A stretch of 64,000 nucleotides of DNA, taken from the IMG/VR virus record IMGVR_UViG_3300042484_003148, positions 131,284 to 195,283 of that record; one strand, written 5' to 3'. Under the pieces are notes generated by a model. It worked only from the letters and a program-made list of their open reading frames with translations, did not search any database and had not been told where the DNA came from. The position numbers were made by a program, and so were the translations under genes. The stretch is from a virus (taxonomy: Duplodnaviria; Heunggongvirae; Uroviricota; Caudoviricetes). This document shows positions 18,516 through 29,470 of the stretch, one piece after another (position 1 is the stretch's first letter; each line of letters begins with the position of its first letter).

Positions 18516-19952
18516 ATGGAAAAAATAACAACTATATTACCTAGCAAAAAGGTATTTAATTCATCCGACAAAGATTTATTTCTTAATATAAATTTAGAAT
18601 CTGATTCTAATGATTTACCTTTAACTGAAAATATTAATACTATTCTAAACTTAAGTGAATTATTAACAACTGAACGAGAAGAAAGTAAAAAATATTACCT
18701 TAATGGTACTGTTGATATTATCGCACCGTTTATTAACAGTTTTAAAAATCCTATAACTATTAGTAATATATTTAATTACTATAATGGTAATGATATTAAA
18801 AGTAATTATGTTTCTATTACTGATTTATTTAAAATACATATTTGTATTCCTAATTCATTAGAAATAATAACAGGTAATACTTATAAATTATTTCTTAAAT
18901 CTTTATACACATCAGATGATAAAATAATTTTTAATCAATCAGGTTTTTCACAGAATTTATTTAGTGAACCCGTTTACCAGTATATTAATAAGAAAAGTGT
19001 TGATTTATCAACTTATAATGATATTATTTCTGATGATGAAAAAATAATCTTACCTATTACAGATTTTTATATTTTTTTAGAATTTAAGAATAATTCAAAT
19101 TATTATATTGACACAATATATGATTACAATAAATTGTTTTATTCTGAAATTATATATGATAATAATGAATTTACATTTACTGAAAGTAATAATTACATTG
19201 AAACAATAAAATTACCTATTACTAGCGGTACAACATCTTTAGAATTACAATACATTTATGAACCTTTTACTAAAATAAAAATAAAAGATTTTGATAATGA
19301 TGTTGAATTTGGTAATATTAAAAATGAAACAAATATACCTTATTATGCAAGTATTCAAGATGACCAAACTAATAATTACAATAGTTTAAAAAGTGAATTT
19401 TATACATTTAATGAATTTCCAATTTTTAGTGGTTCAAGCAGATTAACAACTTCAGACCCTTTATTAATGTTACCTAGAAAATTTATATATGACACTAAAA
19501 CTAATAGTCAAGTTTATTTTTTAGAAAATACGATTTATGACATTAATAGATTAGAAGTTAGTTATAGTAAATACAATGATTTATCAACTAAAATAAAACT
19601 TGATTACTACACTGATTATTATAGTGATGTTATTGATACATATAAAGGTATTAATAAACTATTGTTTAAATTGGGTAATATTAACCAAGGTGATATGTTA
19701 TATTTTACTTATCATAGCGGTGAGAATTATATCTGGCGAGATTTATTAGCTAATGGAATAGTTGATGTTGAAAACAATCTAGGTGTTAATTTTCCTTTTG
19801 TAAATGGGTATCACTATGTTCAGAATAATTTAAAATATATTATACAACCTAATTTAGATAATATTGACACGTTTAATGTTTACAACACATTTAAATTTAC
19901 ATCAGAAAATAACAAAAATATTTTGAATAATAATTTTAACCAGAATTGTTGA
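18516..19952 (+). CDS. hypothetical structural protein (N/Y-rich)
   Basis: 478-aa ORF, divergent from the sheath gene. Confidence 0.45.
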   Translation: MEKITTILPSKKVFNSSDKDLFLNINLESDSNDLPLTENINTILNLSELLTTEREESKKYYLNGTVDIIAPFINSFKNPITISNIFNYYNGNDIKSNYVSITDLFKIHICIPNSLEIITGNTYKLFLKSLYTSDDKIIFNQSGFSQNLFSEPVYQYINKKSVDLSTYNDIISDDEKIILPITDFYIFLEFKNNSNYYIDTIYDYNKLFYSEIIYDNNEFTFTESNNYIETIKLPITSGTTSLELQYIYEPFTKIKIKDFDNDVEFGNIKNETNIPYYASIQDDQTNNYNSLKSEFYTFNEFPIFSGSSRLTTSDPLLMLPRKFIYDTKTNSQVYFLENTIYDINRLEVSYSKYNDLSTKIKLDYYTDYYSDVIDTYKGINKLLFKLGNINQGDMLYFTYHSGENYIWRDLLANGIVDVENNLGVNFPFVNGYHYVQNNLKYIIQPNLDNIDTFNVYNTFKFTSENNKNILNNNFNQNC

Positions 19953-20045
19953 TAGTTAAAAACAATAACTAACAGAATATTTGCTAAAGTGGGTTTTTAT
20001 TCCTACATTTGTTTCTCAATCTAAAATTCTACTAAAAACCAAGTT

Positions 20046-20561
20046 ATGAACTTTATACAATCTTTAATAACCCACCTTCGCAAATATTTAATGTTGTGTG
20101 TTAGTTTGGTAAGACCGAAACGTAAAACAGAGTTGCAAGAGAATGAAAAAATTGGTAAGTTTGAGAATAACTTATATGAATTTATTATGATAAACAACCC
20201 TGAAGCTAAAAATAAAATAGAATCATTTGAAACACACAAATTATTTTCAAAATTTTTAAAAGAAAAAATAATTTTAGATGATATAAAAGAAATAACTGAA
20301 TTTATATCAGAAAGTAAGACTATTATAAATATTGAATTACTTTTTTCAGAAGTTCATATAAAATATGAAGGTTTTATACATGAATCAGGTTTAATCAAAA
20401 ACAAATATATAGTAAAAGATAAAAATTTCAATGTGTTATATGAATTTAAAATAATTAAAAATTACCCAGGACTTTACTGTGAAATTAACAACACAAATCA
20501 AGAGTTTAATGACGTAATGTTCATTAATATTATAATGAAAATAATTAATAATTTAAAATAA
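20046..20561 (+). CDS. hypothetical protein
   Basis: 171-aa ORF followed by the hairpin 20594..20617 (CCCTAGT...ACTAGGG). Confidence 0.45.
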   Translation: MNFIQSLITHLRKYLMLCVSLVRPKRKTELQENEKIGKFENNLYEFIMINNPEAKNKIESFETHKLFSKFLKEKIILDDIKEITEFISESKTIINIELLFSEVHIKYEGFIHESGLIKNKYIVKDKNFNVLYEFKIIKNYPGLYCEINNTNQEFNDVMFINIIMKIINNLK

Positions 20562-21001
20562 ATTCTGTTGAAAGGTTTGGTTGTTAAAGATTACCCTAGT
20601 TTCTGTCAAAACTAGGGTTGTCTGCTCTACTTTCTTATTTCAAAAAATGTAATTTTATTCACATTAATATTAGTAGTTTTGTTAAAGTACATGGCAACGA
20701 CAAATGCCAGAAACAATAGTTTGTAAAAATTTGACATATAAAAATTATTTAGACAGCAATCTACAAACTTTGACAATAACAACCAAACCCAAGACAGAAA
20801 TAACAAAACCAACACACAACATGGGTTTGGTAAAAGCAGGGCTGACGTGAATAACCGAGTTTCTACTTCTACCAAACTTAAGTTGTCAAACAAAGTGATG
20901 TAATTTTAAACCCTGCCTTCACCAAGCCCTTTGACGTTAGTTATCATTTTACAAAACATAAACCTTATCAAGCTATTTAATTTAAACAACCTTAAATTAT
21001 T

Positions 21002-21898
21002 ATGGCTCGTTACGGAACAAATAGATTAGCAACAATACAACCTACTGATGTAGAAATTTTTTACACATATAAAGCAGACAGAACAGTGGCACCAGACTTA
21101 ACTAATGGAATAAATACATTAAATAGTGCTACTGTCTTACAACCATACACAACAAATGGAACTGAATTATTTGGTGGTTTATATTCATTAAAATTACCTA
21201 GTTCAACATTTAATCAATTAGGAATTTACAACATTATCATTAAACCAAAACAAATAAGGGTTCAAATAACAGATTGTGGTTCATTATTTAATTTACCAAA
21301 CGAAAAAGGTATTGTTTTAAATTCAACATCAGCTGTTGATAATAATGGTAATCAAGTTGACTTAACTACTTTAGTTAACGATTTACCAGGTTATAGAATT
21401 GAATATCTTAATAATGATACTTCATTAAAAACTAATTATTTCACTATTATCACAAGTGCAAACAAATGTGAACTTATTAGTAATAATAGTTCAAATAGTA
21501 CACAAAAATCAGTTGCTTATAGATTAAATGACAGCGGTTCATTATTATTTTTATCAGTTACACCATCCACAGCTTCAACAACAAAACCAAATCAAAGACC
21601 ATTTATTGGTGTACCAAATCAAAACATTATTTTAACAAATACATTTTTTAACCCTATAATGATTGAGGTTGAATTAACTGAATATACAGAAAATGAATTA
21701 GGTATCGGTTTATTTGGTGACCAAATTATTGACGAACAAAATGGTGTAGGTAGTTATTATAATCCTGATAAAACAATACTAAAACAAACTTTAATGTACG
21801 TAGTTGAAGATGAAACAGGTAAACCTTTATATAGAGTTCGTGAAAATAAAACTCAAATAGATAACACACAAGATTTTAATACTATAACTACTTTGTAA
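21002..21898 (+). CDS. hypothetical structural protein
   Basis: 298-aa ORF. Confidence 0.45.
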   Translation: MARYGTNRLATIQPTDVEIFYTYKADRTVAPDLTNGINTLNSATVLQPYTTNGTELFGGLYSLKLPSSTFNQLGIYNIIIKPKQIRVQITDCGSLFNLPNEKGIVLNSTSAVDNNGNQVDLTTLVNDLPGYRIEYLNNDTSLKTNYFTIITSANKCELISNNSSNSTQKSVAYRLNDSGSLLFLSVTPSTASTTKPNQRPFIGVPNQNIILTNTFFNPIMIEVELTEYTENELGIGLFGDQIIDEQNGVGSYYNPDKTILKQTLMYVVEDETGKPLYRVRENKTQIDNTQDFNTITTL

Positions 21899-21899
21899 T

Positions 21900-22151
21900 A
21901 TGAAAATATTTTTTAAAAACAAAAAAGAGAGTTTTATTTACGATACTAATAAATCTAAAACAATAATAAAAACTATACACGAACTCATTGATTTTGTGTA
22001 TGAAAAATTAGACGATAATTGGTATCTTTTTGAAATAGAAGATGGCACATTAAAACATTATCAAATTATTGATAGACTAAATAAAACTAAATGTACTTAT
22101 GTTTATTCTAAATTAATTAAGAATAAACTTTATATAAAAAATGTTTATTAA
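21900..22151 (+). CDS. hypothetical protein
   Basis: 83-aa ORF. Confidence 0.4.
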   Translation: MKIFFKNKKESFIYDTNKSKTIIKTIHELIDFVYEKLDDNWYLFEIEDGTLKHYQIIDRLNKTKCTYVYSKLIKNKLYIKNVY

Positions 22152-22153
22152 CT

Positions 22154-24589
22154 ATGAAAACATTAAGAATTAAAACTGACGTTAATAACCCAACAGATAA
22201 ATATATTAATATCAAACTTGAACAAGATTTTGATATTATAAATATTTTATCAATGAATTTATCACAATCAGATGTTTATTCAACATTTAGTAGTGATACA
22301 GGTGTGGTATGTGGTAGAATTAATAGTTTTTTTGTTGGTTTACCTAATGCAAAAGTTTCATTATTTATTCCTGTCTCTTCTGTTGAAAATAGACCTGATG
22401 TATTAGAACTATATCCATTCAAAACCGTTAATGATACTGATAACAATGGTAAACGATATAATTTATTAAGTAGAATTAAAAAACTTAACCCATTTACTTA
22501 TACTAAAGAGAATATTCTAGGTATTGGTTATACACCAAAAACTCCTGTTGGTTCTATACCTGATAAAAATGAATTATTAGTTAATAACACATGGATTGAA
22601 ACTTACAAAGATTATTACAAATTCACCACTACAACAAACGATAGTGGTGATTTTATGTTTACTAACATTCCAATAGGTACGTATAACTTACATGCTGAAT
22701 TTGATATAACAGATATTGGTAAGTATAGTACACCAGCACCTTTATTACAAAAAATAAATAATGTAAGTAAATCATTATATAACGAAGAAGGTAGTAAATT
22801 ATTACCTAATAATGATTTAAATTCAATGCCAAATATTTATAGTAGAAATGTTACAGTAAATGTTTTACCTTCATGGGGTGATAATACACAACAAGAAATA
22901 GACATTACAAGACAAGATATTGATTTTAAAGTAAAACTTACACCTGCTTTTACTGTTATCGGAAATGGTTTTACACAAGATGAAGATTCATTTTGGGGTG
23001 ATAGAGTTTTATTAAGAGTTTTATTTGCTATATCTAATTTATGTTTTGGTATTAATCAAGATTATACTGAAGAAAAAAAAGAATTTGTAACATTAAAATT
23101 TAGAATGAAAATTCTAGGTAAATCTTTTGAATTAGGTTTTGGTAATAAATGGACAAGTAAAGCGCCACCTACAGCACTTTCGTTCAGAGTTGTTATTCCA
23201 GATGCTAGACCTAGATTCAAGTTTGATATTGGACCTTATTATAAAGATAGAGTAAACGGTGGTCAGTTTGAATTAGCACCATTGGATTTTAAATTTCTAG
23301 GTTTTGGTACAACTAAAGATGGTGCAGATGAAATAGGTTGTTGCAATTCATTTCCTGATTGCGGCGCTAACGCTGACACTATAACTGATAGGTTAAATCT
23401 AAACACATTTAGAACAGGTAAGATATTTACAAAATTATTTTCATATCAAGAAAATACTGATTTAACTGACCCATGTGTCGAAACAACAAATTCTGATTAC
23501 ATTGATTATTTAAAATCTGAATTAACAACTATTAATGAAAATAAATTTTATACATTTAATGAAGAGAAAGGTTCTTTTATTCACATAATACCTTGTAACA
23601 GAAAACGTGTTATAACTAATGAATTAGGTCAAGAAATTGAAACCGATGATTCAACAGTTGGTGTATTTACTGAATTTTCAGGTTCTATGATATATGAAAT
23701 GGAAGATTTATCTATAAAATCAACAGGTACTAGAATTGAAACGAATAGAGTTAAAATTAAAATACCACAAAATACTGACTATGATTATAATAATGATTTA
23801 AATAAAAATTTATGGGTTGTGAATTATTATACATTTAAATTAAATGAAGTGTATACAGTTTCTTGTTTTAATAATAGTTTACAGGAAGAATTTGTTAAAG
23901 GTGATAATTTCATTACGAAAGCTATAAATATAATAACAAAAGGTTCCACTGCAACAACTAACAAATATTATGCGCGTACAGGTTTATTTCTACCGAATAT
24001 GTATGATAAATTCACATTAAATTATACTGATGATGAACCTGAATATACAGGTAATAAGATTGACACTAAATATTATTTTAATCAATTCAATCTAACTAAT
24101 ATAAACGAAAACAATTCACCTATATTTAATGATACCATAATACTAGGGACAGACAACTTATCTTCTGACACAATAAACCAAGAATGGATTACTGGCTCAT
24201 TATTCTTTCAACAATACGCAATTAAAAAACGTAGAAATAAAAAGAAAACCAAATACCCTAGTATATTATTCAATAATTATAAATTAGTGTTAAATAATAA
24301 TGATAACATAGGTGCAAACGTAACTAATAGCAAAGGTTTATTATCAGGAACTATGTATCCAACAACATTTGTAAAATTAGGTTTAGAAACAACTGTAAAT
24401 GGTAAAAATATTACACAGAAAGATATTTTAATTGATTTATACAATAATAAAGATTTAGCTATGAATCTTGCTGGTAATGACAATATTAATACATTAATTT
24501 CAAATAATATTAATAATAAATTTTTCATCAAAGGTATTAATACTGAGTCAAATATGATAAATAACTTAATTAAAAAAGATATTATTTAA
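22154..24589 (+). CDS. tail/baseplate protein with carboxypeptidase-regulatory-like beta-sandwich domain
   Basis: 811 aa. DSGDFMFTNIPIGTYNLHAEFD matches the CarboxypepD_reg-like motif common in phage tail fiber and baseplate proteins. Confidence 0.45.
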   Translation: MKTLRIKTDVNNPTDKYINIKLEQDFDIINILSMNLSQSDVYSTFSSDTGVVCGRINSFFVGLPNAKVSLFIPVSSVENRPDVLELYPFKTVNDTDNNGKRYNLLSRIKKLNPFTYTKENILGIGYTPKTPVGSIPDKNELLVNNTWIETYKDYYKFTTTTNDSGDFMFTNIPIGTYNLHAEFDITDIGKYSTPAPLLQKINNVSKSLYNEEGSKLLPNNDLNSMPNIYSRNVTVNVLPSWGDNTQQEIDITRQDIDFKVKLTPAFTVIGNGFTQDEDSFWGDRVLLRVLFAISNLCFGINQDYTEEKKEFVTLKFRMKILGKSFELGFGNKWTSKAPPTALSFRVVIPDARPRFKFDIGPYYKDRVNGGQFELAPLDFKFLGFGTTKDGADEIGCCNSFPDCGANADTITDRLNLNTFRTGKIFTKLFSYQENTDLTDPCVETTNSDYIDYLKSELTTINENKFYTFNEEKGSFIHIIPCNRKRVITNELGQEIETDDSTVGVFTEFSGSMIYEMEDLSIKSTGTRIETNRVKIKIPQNTDYDYNNDLNKNLWVVNYYTFKLNEVYTVSCFNNSLQEEFVKGDNFITKAINIITKGSTATTNKYYARTGLFLPNMYDKFTLNYTDDEPEYTGNKIDTKYYFNQFNLTNINENNSPIFNDTIILGTDNLSSDTINQEWITGSLFFQQYAIKKRRNKKKTKYPSILFNNYKLVLNNNDNIGANVTNSKGLLSGTMYPTTFVKLGLETTVNGKNITQKDILIDLYNNKDLAMNLAGNDNINTLISNNINNKFFIKGINTESNMINNLIKKDII

Positions 24590-24665
24590 AATATTTTTGA
24601 TAAAATGTTTGGTATTACAAAAATAAAACAGTAAGTTTGTTGTATGGATTAAATGAACTAATAAA

Positions 24666-25214
24666 ATGACAACAAATAAAATTCAAGTAACTGAAGCGTT
24701 ACGTTTAAAAAAAGAAATATCTACTTATTTTAATAGAATTTCAAGTTTATATCACAGTAAAGTTTACTTCGGTACAACTACTATTGATAATGTAAAACAA
24801 AATGATTTGATTGCTAATAAAATTTCAGCTTCAGATTATTTAGTTCATTTAGAAACATTATGTAATTTCTCTGAGGAAATAAATGATAAGTTATCTAACT
24901 TTAATAGAACAACAAAAATTGATTCTTTAGTTAGAAGAAAAAGTAACTTACAACATCAGATTGATATTATTTCATTAGTATCTGAAAAATCTGTTGGTGT
25001 TGAAAAAGAAAGCACTACTATTACAGGTACTGGTGAAAAGGTTAAAACAATTACCAAATTCACGCCTACTTTGGATGTAAACAAAATCAAAGAAGATGTT
25101 TTGAAATTAAAATCTGAGGTTAGAGAAATTCAAAATAAAATTGATAAGTTAAATTTAAAAACTATTGACTTAAGTTTTGATTTTGAACAATTTGAAAAAT
25201 TTAAATTAGTTTAA
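24666..25214 (+). CDS. hypothetical protein
   Basis: 182-aa ORF. Confidence 0.45.
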   Translation: MTTNKIQVTEALRLKKEISTYFNRISSLYHSKVYFGTTTIDNVKQNDLIANKISASDYLVHLETLCNFSEEINDKLSNFNRTTKIDSLVRRKSNLQHQIDIISLVSEKSVGVEKESTTITGTGEKVKTITKFTPTLDVNKIKEDVLKLKSEVREIQNKIDKLNLKTIDLSFDFEQFEKFKLV

Positions 25215-25216
25215 AA

Positions 25217-25753
25217 ATGGAACATTATGATTTGGTAGCATTAATACGAAAAACTATTAATGAAGAATTGAATAAAAAAGGTTTATTTGAAATGTCAATT
25301 TCAAAATCTGACGCTATTAGAAAATTTAATAACTCAGCAGATGAGATAGTTGAACATTTATTTAAATTATTTATTTATCAAAACTCACCAAATTATAATA
25401 AATGGAAAAAAGAAATATCAACATTTGTCATACAAAGTGGTTCATTCACTGTAAAAACAGGTAATGGTAAATTAAAACAAAATGAATATTTTAATGGCAT
25501 GTTTCAATATATTGAAACCGATATTGACAAAGAAAATAAATACAAGGTAGTTGTTAGTAAATTTAATTTAAACGCTCTTAGACGTGACATTAAAAATGTT
25601 GAACAACCTTTACCTTATGTTTATTTCATTAAATATATTGATGATATAATTAATACTATTACAGATATTTCTTTTTACTTAGCTGAAAATAAAAGTTTAG
25701 ATGAAGGTAAAATAATTTTAATAATTAACAAACATTTACCTAAATTTAACTAA
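25217..25753 (+). CDS. hypothetical protein
   Basis: 178-aa ORF. Confidence 0.45.
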   Translation: MEHYDLVALIRKTINEELNKKGLFEMSISKSDAIRKFNNSADEIVEHLFKLFIYQNSPNYNKWKKEISTFVIQSGSFTVKTGNGKLKQNEYFNGMFQYIETDIDKENKYKVVVSKFNLNALRRDIKNVEQPLPYVYFIKYIDDIINTITDISFYLAENKSLDEGKIILIINKHLPKFN

Positions 25754-25982
25754 CTTAAAAATATTTATTCATCTCATCGGTTGCACCAAAATTTTTATAA
25801 CTTTTTCTTGGTTGGAAAAATAAAAGTTATAACTTCTTAACCTACGGCTATTGGCTATCTGACGCAAGTTGTAAAAACGGTAAAGTTGTAATCTAGTAAA
25901 TTAGTAAGTTGTAAATAGTATGCACCACATAAACTTGAAAAATTTACTTACCCAATTTAATCAACCGATGATTTGAATAAAC

Positions 25983-26020
25983 AAAAAACCTCACCTAATT
26001 TCTTAAGAGAGGTTTTTCTT
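25983..26020. terminator. bidirectional terminator (AAACCTC family)
   Basis: AAAAAACCTCACCTAATTTCTTAAGAGAGGTTTTTC between convergent genes. Confidence 0.6.
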
Positions 26021-26021
26021 T

Positions 26022-27116
26022 TTATATTTTAAGGTTAACTGTAAATTGAACCGAGTTAAACCTATTCTTTGGTACCGGTTCAGATAATTTAGCAATAGCT
26101 ATTAATTCTTTATTTGCGTTATACAAACCTATTTCTGTTATATAAACAGGGTCATCATTTTCATTACCTGTTGGGTATACATCTAAGAAAGTTGGATTTG
26201 TACTTTCGTAAAATTCACCTGGTCCACCAATACAACTAATACTTTGAACAAACTCTGTTGAGTAACTTGTAAATGCAGCTGAACTAAAAGTTGTACCAGT
26301 AAAATAAATTTGTGTAAAATTAGTACCACCCGTATAAGTAGAACCACTAGTTATACCATCAAAACCAGATGAGAAACCTGCTTCATAATCAAAATTATTA
26401 ACCAAAGTTTGATTAGTAATAACAAAGAAACCTTTATCTAAATAAGCAACTCCAACAACTTCATCTTTAGAAGAACCATCATACTGAGCAAATTGTTTTG
26501 CTGTTGTTGATGTGATAGGATTTTTCACGTCATATTTATTTGCAGAAGACCATGCTGACCAAGTTGTTCCGGTATTCACTTTTGGTGTACTAATGCTATT
26601 ACTAAACAAGAACGCAATATTTGATTGATAATTATTATCACTATTTGCAGGTACACCAAAATATTCAGCTTGAGGAGTTGAATCTGAATATTGTTTATTC
26701 ATATTTCCTTGTGTTGTATTTTGTGAACTATCATTAAAATACGTACCATAACAAGTAACCTGATATTGAGTTGAACCAGTCTTTTGTGGTATGTTAAAAG
26801 TTATAGTTTTACCATCAATAACTTCACCATAAGTATTTTTAGGTATCTCTACAACAATAACATTATCCTGATTAATATTTTGTAAAGCTGTGTTATAAAA
26901 AGTACCACCACTTAAAAATTCATTTTTTTGTTCTTGTGTTACAGGTAAGTTAAATGAAGTAAATAAATTACCATAAGGTCTAACAGTTAAATCAGTTCTA
27001 CTAGCTTTAGTAAAAAACAAATTTGGTCCAGATAAACTTGTAGTAGTTTTAACTAATTGTGTCTGAAAAGCATTAGGGTTTGCCTCAACAGATTTTAATT
27101 TATCATCTATGAACAT
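26022..27116 (-). CDS. putative tail structural protein
   Basis: 364-aa ORF in a minus-strand structural operon. Confidence 0.4.
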   Translation of the reverse strand: MFIDDKLKSVEANPNAFQTQLVKTTTSLSGPNLFFTKASRTDLTVRPYGNLFTSFNLPVTQEQKNEFLSGGTFYNTALQNINQDNVIVVEIPKNTYGEVIDGKTITFNIPQKTGSTQYQVTCYGTYFNDSSQNTTQGNMNKQYSDSTPQAEYFGVPANSDNNYQSNIAFLFSNSISTPKVNTGTTWSAWSSANKYDVKNPITSTTAKQFAQYDGSSKDEVVGVAYLDKGFFVITNQTLVNNFDYEAGFSSGFDGITSGSTYTGGTNFTQIYFTGTTFSSAAFTSYSTEFVQSISCIGGPGEFYESTNPTFLDVYPTGNENDDPVYITEIGLYNANKELIAIAKLSEPVPKNRFNSVQFTVNLKI

Positions 27117-27119
27117 AAA

Positions 27120-27389
27120 TTATTTAATTTTATAGAAAACAGCTTTTTTAACTGTTGAAGTTTGAGAAGTGATTAATGGTTCATTCAATAAACCCAAAGT
27201 TGGTAACATATAATTTTTATTGTAATTACCTGAACTATCAATATCATCAGTAACCAACCCAGTTGTGTTTGTATTATTTGTTATATTTATACCTATCATA
27301 TTAATAGGTAAACCGTAAATCATTGATTCAATATCTTTATTACTAAATGTGGAACCACTAACAACAGGTACGGTATAAGTTTTAGTCAT
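27120..27389 (-). CDS. hypothetical structural protein
   Basis: 89-aa ORF. Confidence 0.4.
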   Translation of the reverse strand: MTKTYTVPVVSGSTFSNKDIESMIYGLPINMIGINITNNTNTTGLVTDDIDSSGNYNKNYMLPTLGLLNEPLITSQTSTVKKAVFYKIK

Positions 27390-27390
27390 G

Positions 27391-28641
27391 TTAAGAAATA
27401 GTTACAAAAGTATCATTAATAGAAGGTGTATAAATCGTTGCTGAATCATATTTCAAAACAACCTTAACAACACCATCTTTAATTTTTATATCATTAGTTT
27501 CTGAAACAAATCTTAAATTAAAAGGTTTCGATGTGTATACAGTTGAAATATTATCAAACAAATCAACTCTATTAATTATATACGATTCTAATAATTCAGA
27601 TTCTCTGTATATTAAAGTTTTATTAGTATTCGGGTCAATAAAACCTTTACCGTATTGATTTTCCGTAAAAGTATTTGATTTAAATTTAGATAAATAATCT
27701 TCTCTAATAATAAAATATTCATTTTGTTGTAAATTATCTTTAACATAAGAAACATTTACTGTAGGTCTAACCAACATATTTTCATCAGTTACATCTACAT
27801 TTAATATTGAATTATTAACCAGTAAATCAGATAAAGAAACAAAAGATTTTAAAGTATAAACACTATTAATGATTGACCAAACACCATAACCTATTGTTCT
27901 ATTATTTACTGTAAATGAAACATTTTTTTGTTCATCAAAAATAAACTGAATTGGTGGTGTTTGATAATTTAATAAAGGTTCTGTCAAAGTAAAAGTATCT
28001 GACAATAAAAATCTATTATATTGTTTAAATATATTATAATCAGCTAAAGACAATTCAATTGATAATAAATTTCTCATATTAGGTACACCGTATTTAGATG
28101 TATTATCATAAACAGTAATACCATCAATAACTGGAATAGTTGTTTTAAATTTACTATCATTAGTATTATATTGACTACCTAAAACAGATGAATATCCACC
28201 AAATGTTTTCAGATATGAAATATATTTAAACAAATCAATTTCAACTTTAACAAAATTTTTACCATCATTGTTTAAAACGTCATTGTTATTTAACCTTACT
28301 TCATAATTAACATTAGTTGACAATTCAACATCTGAACTATTATCATCTAACAAGGTAATAAACGAATCAACACTATCAGGTTTTTTATAAAACACTGGGT
28401 TAGTAATATTATCTTCAGAAATACTTTTTAAACAATCATCAACATCACCAGTTAAATCAGGAATTAAAATATTATTTGTTGTTGTATTAACATCTAAATT
28501 ATAATTGATATCACCATCACCAAATGAAAAGTATGTTATTATTTTATCAGCATCAGTACCACTAGCAAATAAACTTCTACCTTTTTGAGTATAATAAGCA
28601 TTCACTAATATTTCTGATGTTTTTTTGGAAATAAAACCCAT
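27391..28641 (-). CDS. putative tail/baseplate structural protein
   Basis: 416-aa ORF preceded by a late-promoter-like motif. Confidence 0.4.
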   Translation of the reverse strand: MGFISKKTSEILVNAYYTQKGRSLFASGTDADKIITYFSFGDGDINYNLDVNTTTNNILIPDLTGDVDDCLKSISEDNITNPVFYKKPDSVDSFITLLDDNSSDVELSTNVNYEVRLNNNDVLNNDGKNFVKVEIDLFKYISYLKTFGGYSSVLGSQYNTNDSKFKTTIPVIDGITVYDNTSKYGVPNMRNLLSIELSLADYNIFKQYNRFLLSDTFTLTEPLLNYQTPPIQFIFDEQKNVSFTVNNRTIGYGVWSIINSVYTLKSFVSLSDLLVNNSILNVDVTDENMLVRPTVNVSYVKDNLQQNEYFIIREDYLSKFKSNTFTENQYGKGFIDPNTNKTLIYRESELLESYIINRVDLFDNISTVYTSKPFNLRFVSETNDIKIKDGVVKVVLKYDSATIYTPSINDTFVTIS

Positions 28642-28700
28642 AAAAGTTTGGTTGTTTAATTTAAATAGTCTAGTTTTGTGTTGTTAAAATTGTATTTAAA

Positions 28701-28946
28701 ATGAAAAAAAGACGTGTTTGCAAAACCGTGAAATTAATATTAGGGGATAATTACCAAGTTGGTTGGTCAGTTAATAAAATGTCAACTTGCAAGTTTATTA
28801 AAGTCACAAGCAAAGGTTATAATTTTCTAGATATTGAAACTAATAAATGTATTTTAAAACATCATTTATATGCTAGTAAATATGAAAACAATAAAAATGG
28901 TAACTTATTTATTATAAATGAATTATTAAAAATCACTAATGAATAA
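28701..28946 (+). CDS. hypothetical protein
   Basis: 81-aa ORF. Confidence 0.35.
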   Translation: MKKRRVCKTVKLILGDNYQVGWSVNKMSTCKFIKVTSKGYNFLDIETNKCILKHHLYASKYENNKNGNLFIINELLKITNE

Positions 28947-29075
28947 CAAACAACATTGGAAAAAACTTTTCTTAATTACTTATTGGTTAAGAAATGACAA
29001 ATTTAATATTATAACATTCTTATTTGATATTTATATAATTTTTATTATATTAACTGTAGGAATTTATAGTTATTA

Positions 29076-29465
29076 TTAACTAATCACCGCACCACCTGTT
29101 TGTATAGTTGTTACAACTCCATTAGTTACAACAGGGATACCTATAGCATCAGTACCTGTAGCTGTTACATTACCAAACGGTTCGATAGCTACTTGTATTT
29201 TTGCGTTTTCTCTAATATCATTATATATTTCTTGTATTAACAAATAAATTAAAATAGCGTTTGGATTTGGCGAACCATCAGGTAAATTACCAACAGGTAT
29301 GTCCAACTTTTTCATGTGTTCTACCATTTTATTATATACCCTGGTTTCAGAAATACCTGTACGTGAACTAGCAGCCAAAACCAAAGGTGTTGGTATTGAT
29401 TGTGATTTCACACTTTTAAAACCTAATAGGTTTTTAAGATTACTTAACATTTGAGTTATTTCCAT
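29076..29465 (-). CDS. hypothetical protein
   Basis: 129-aa ORF. Its N-terminal half is paralogous to the small ORF 29471..29638. Confidence 0.45.
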   Translation of the reverse strand: MEITQMLSNLKNLLGFKSVKSQSIPTPLVLAASSRTGISETRVYNKMVEHMKKLDIPVGNLPDGSPNPNAILIYLLIQEIYNDIRENAKIQVAIEPFGNVTATGTDAIGIPVVTNGVVTTIQTGGAVIS

Positions 29466-29470
29466 AATGT

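Noticed and set aside
18377-18571. Minus-strand 64-aa ORF in the sheath / 18516 divergent promoter region
   Set aside because: It overlaps the start of the 18516 gene and the promoter region. It is probably spurious.
20627-20893. Minus-strand 88-aa ORF in the 20.6-21.0 kb intergenic region
   Set aside because: It overlaps multiple strong inverted repeats and has atypical composition. The region is more likely a structured RNA, although a small membrane protein cannot be excluded.
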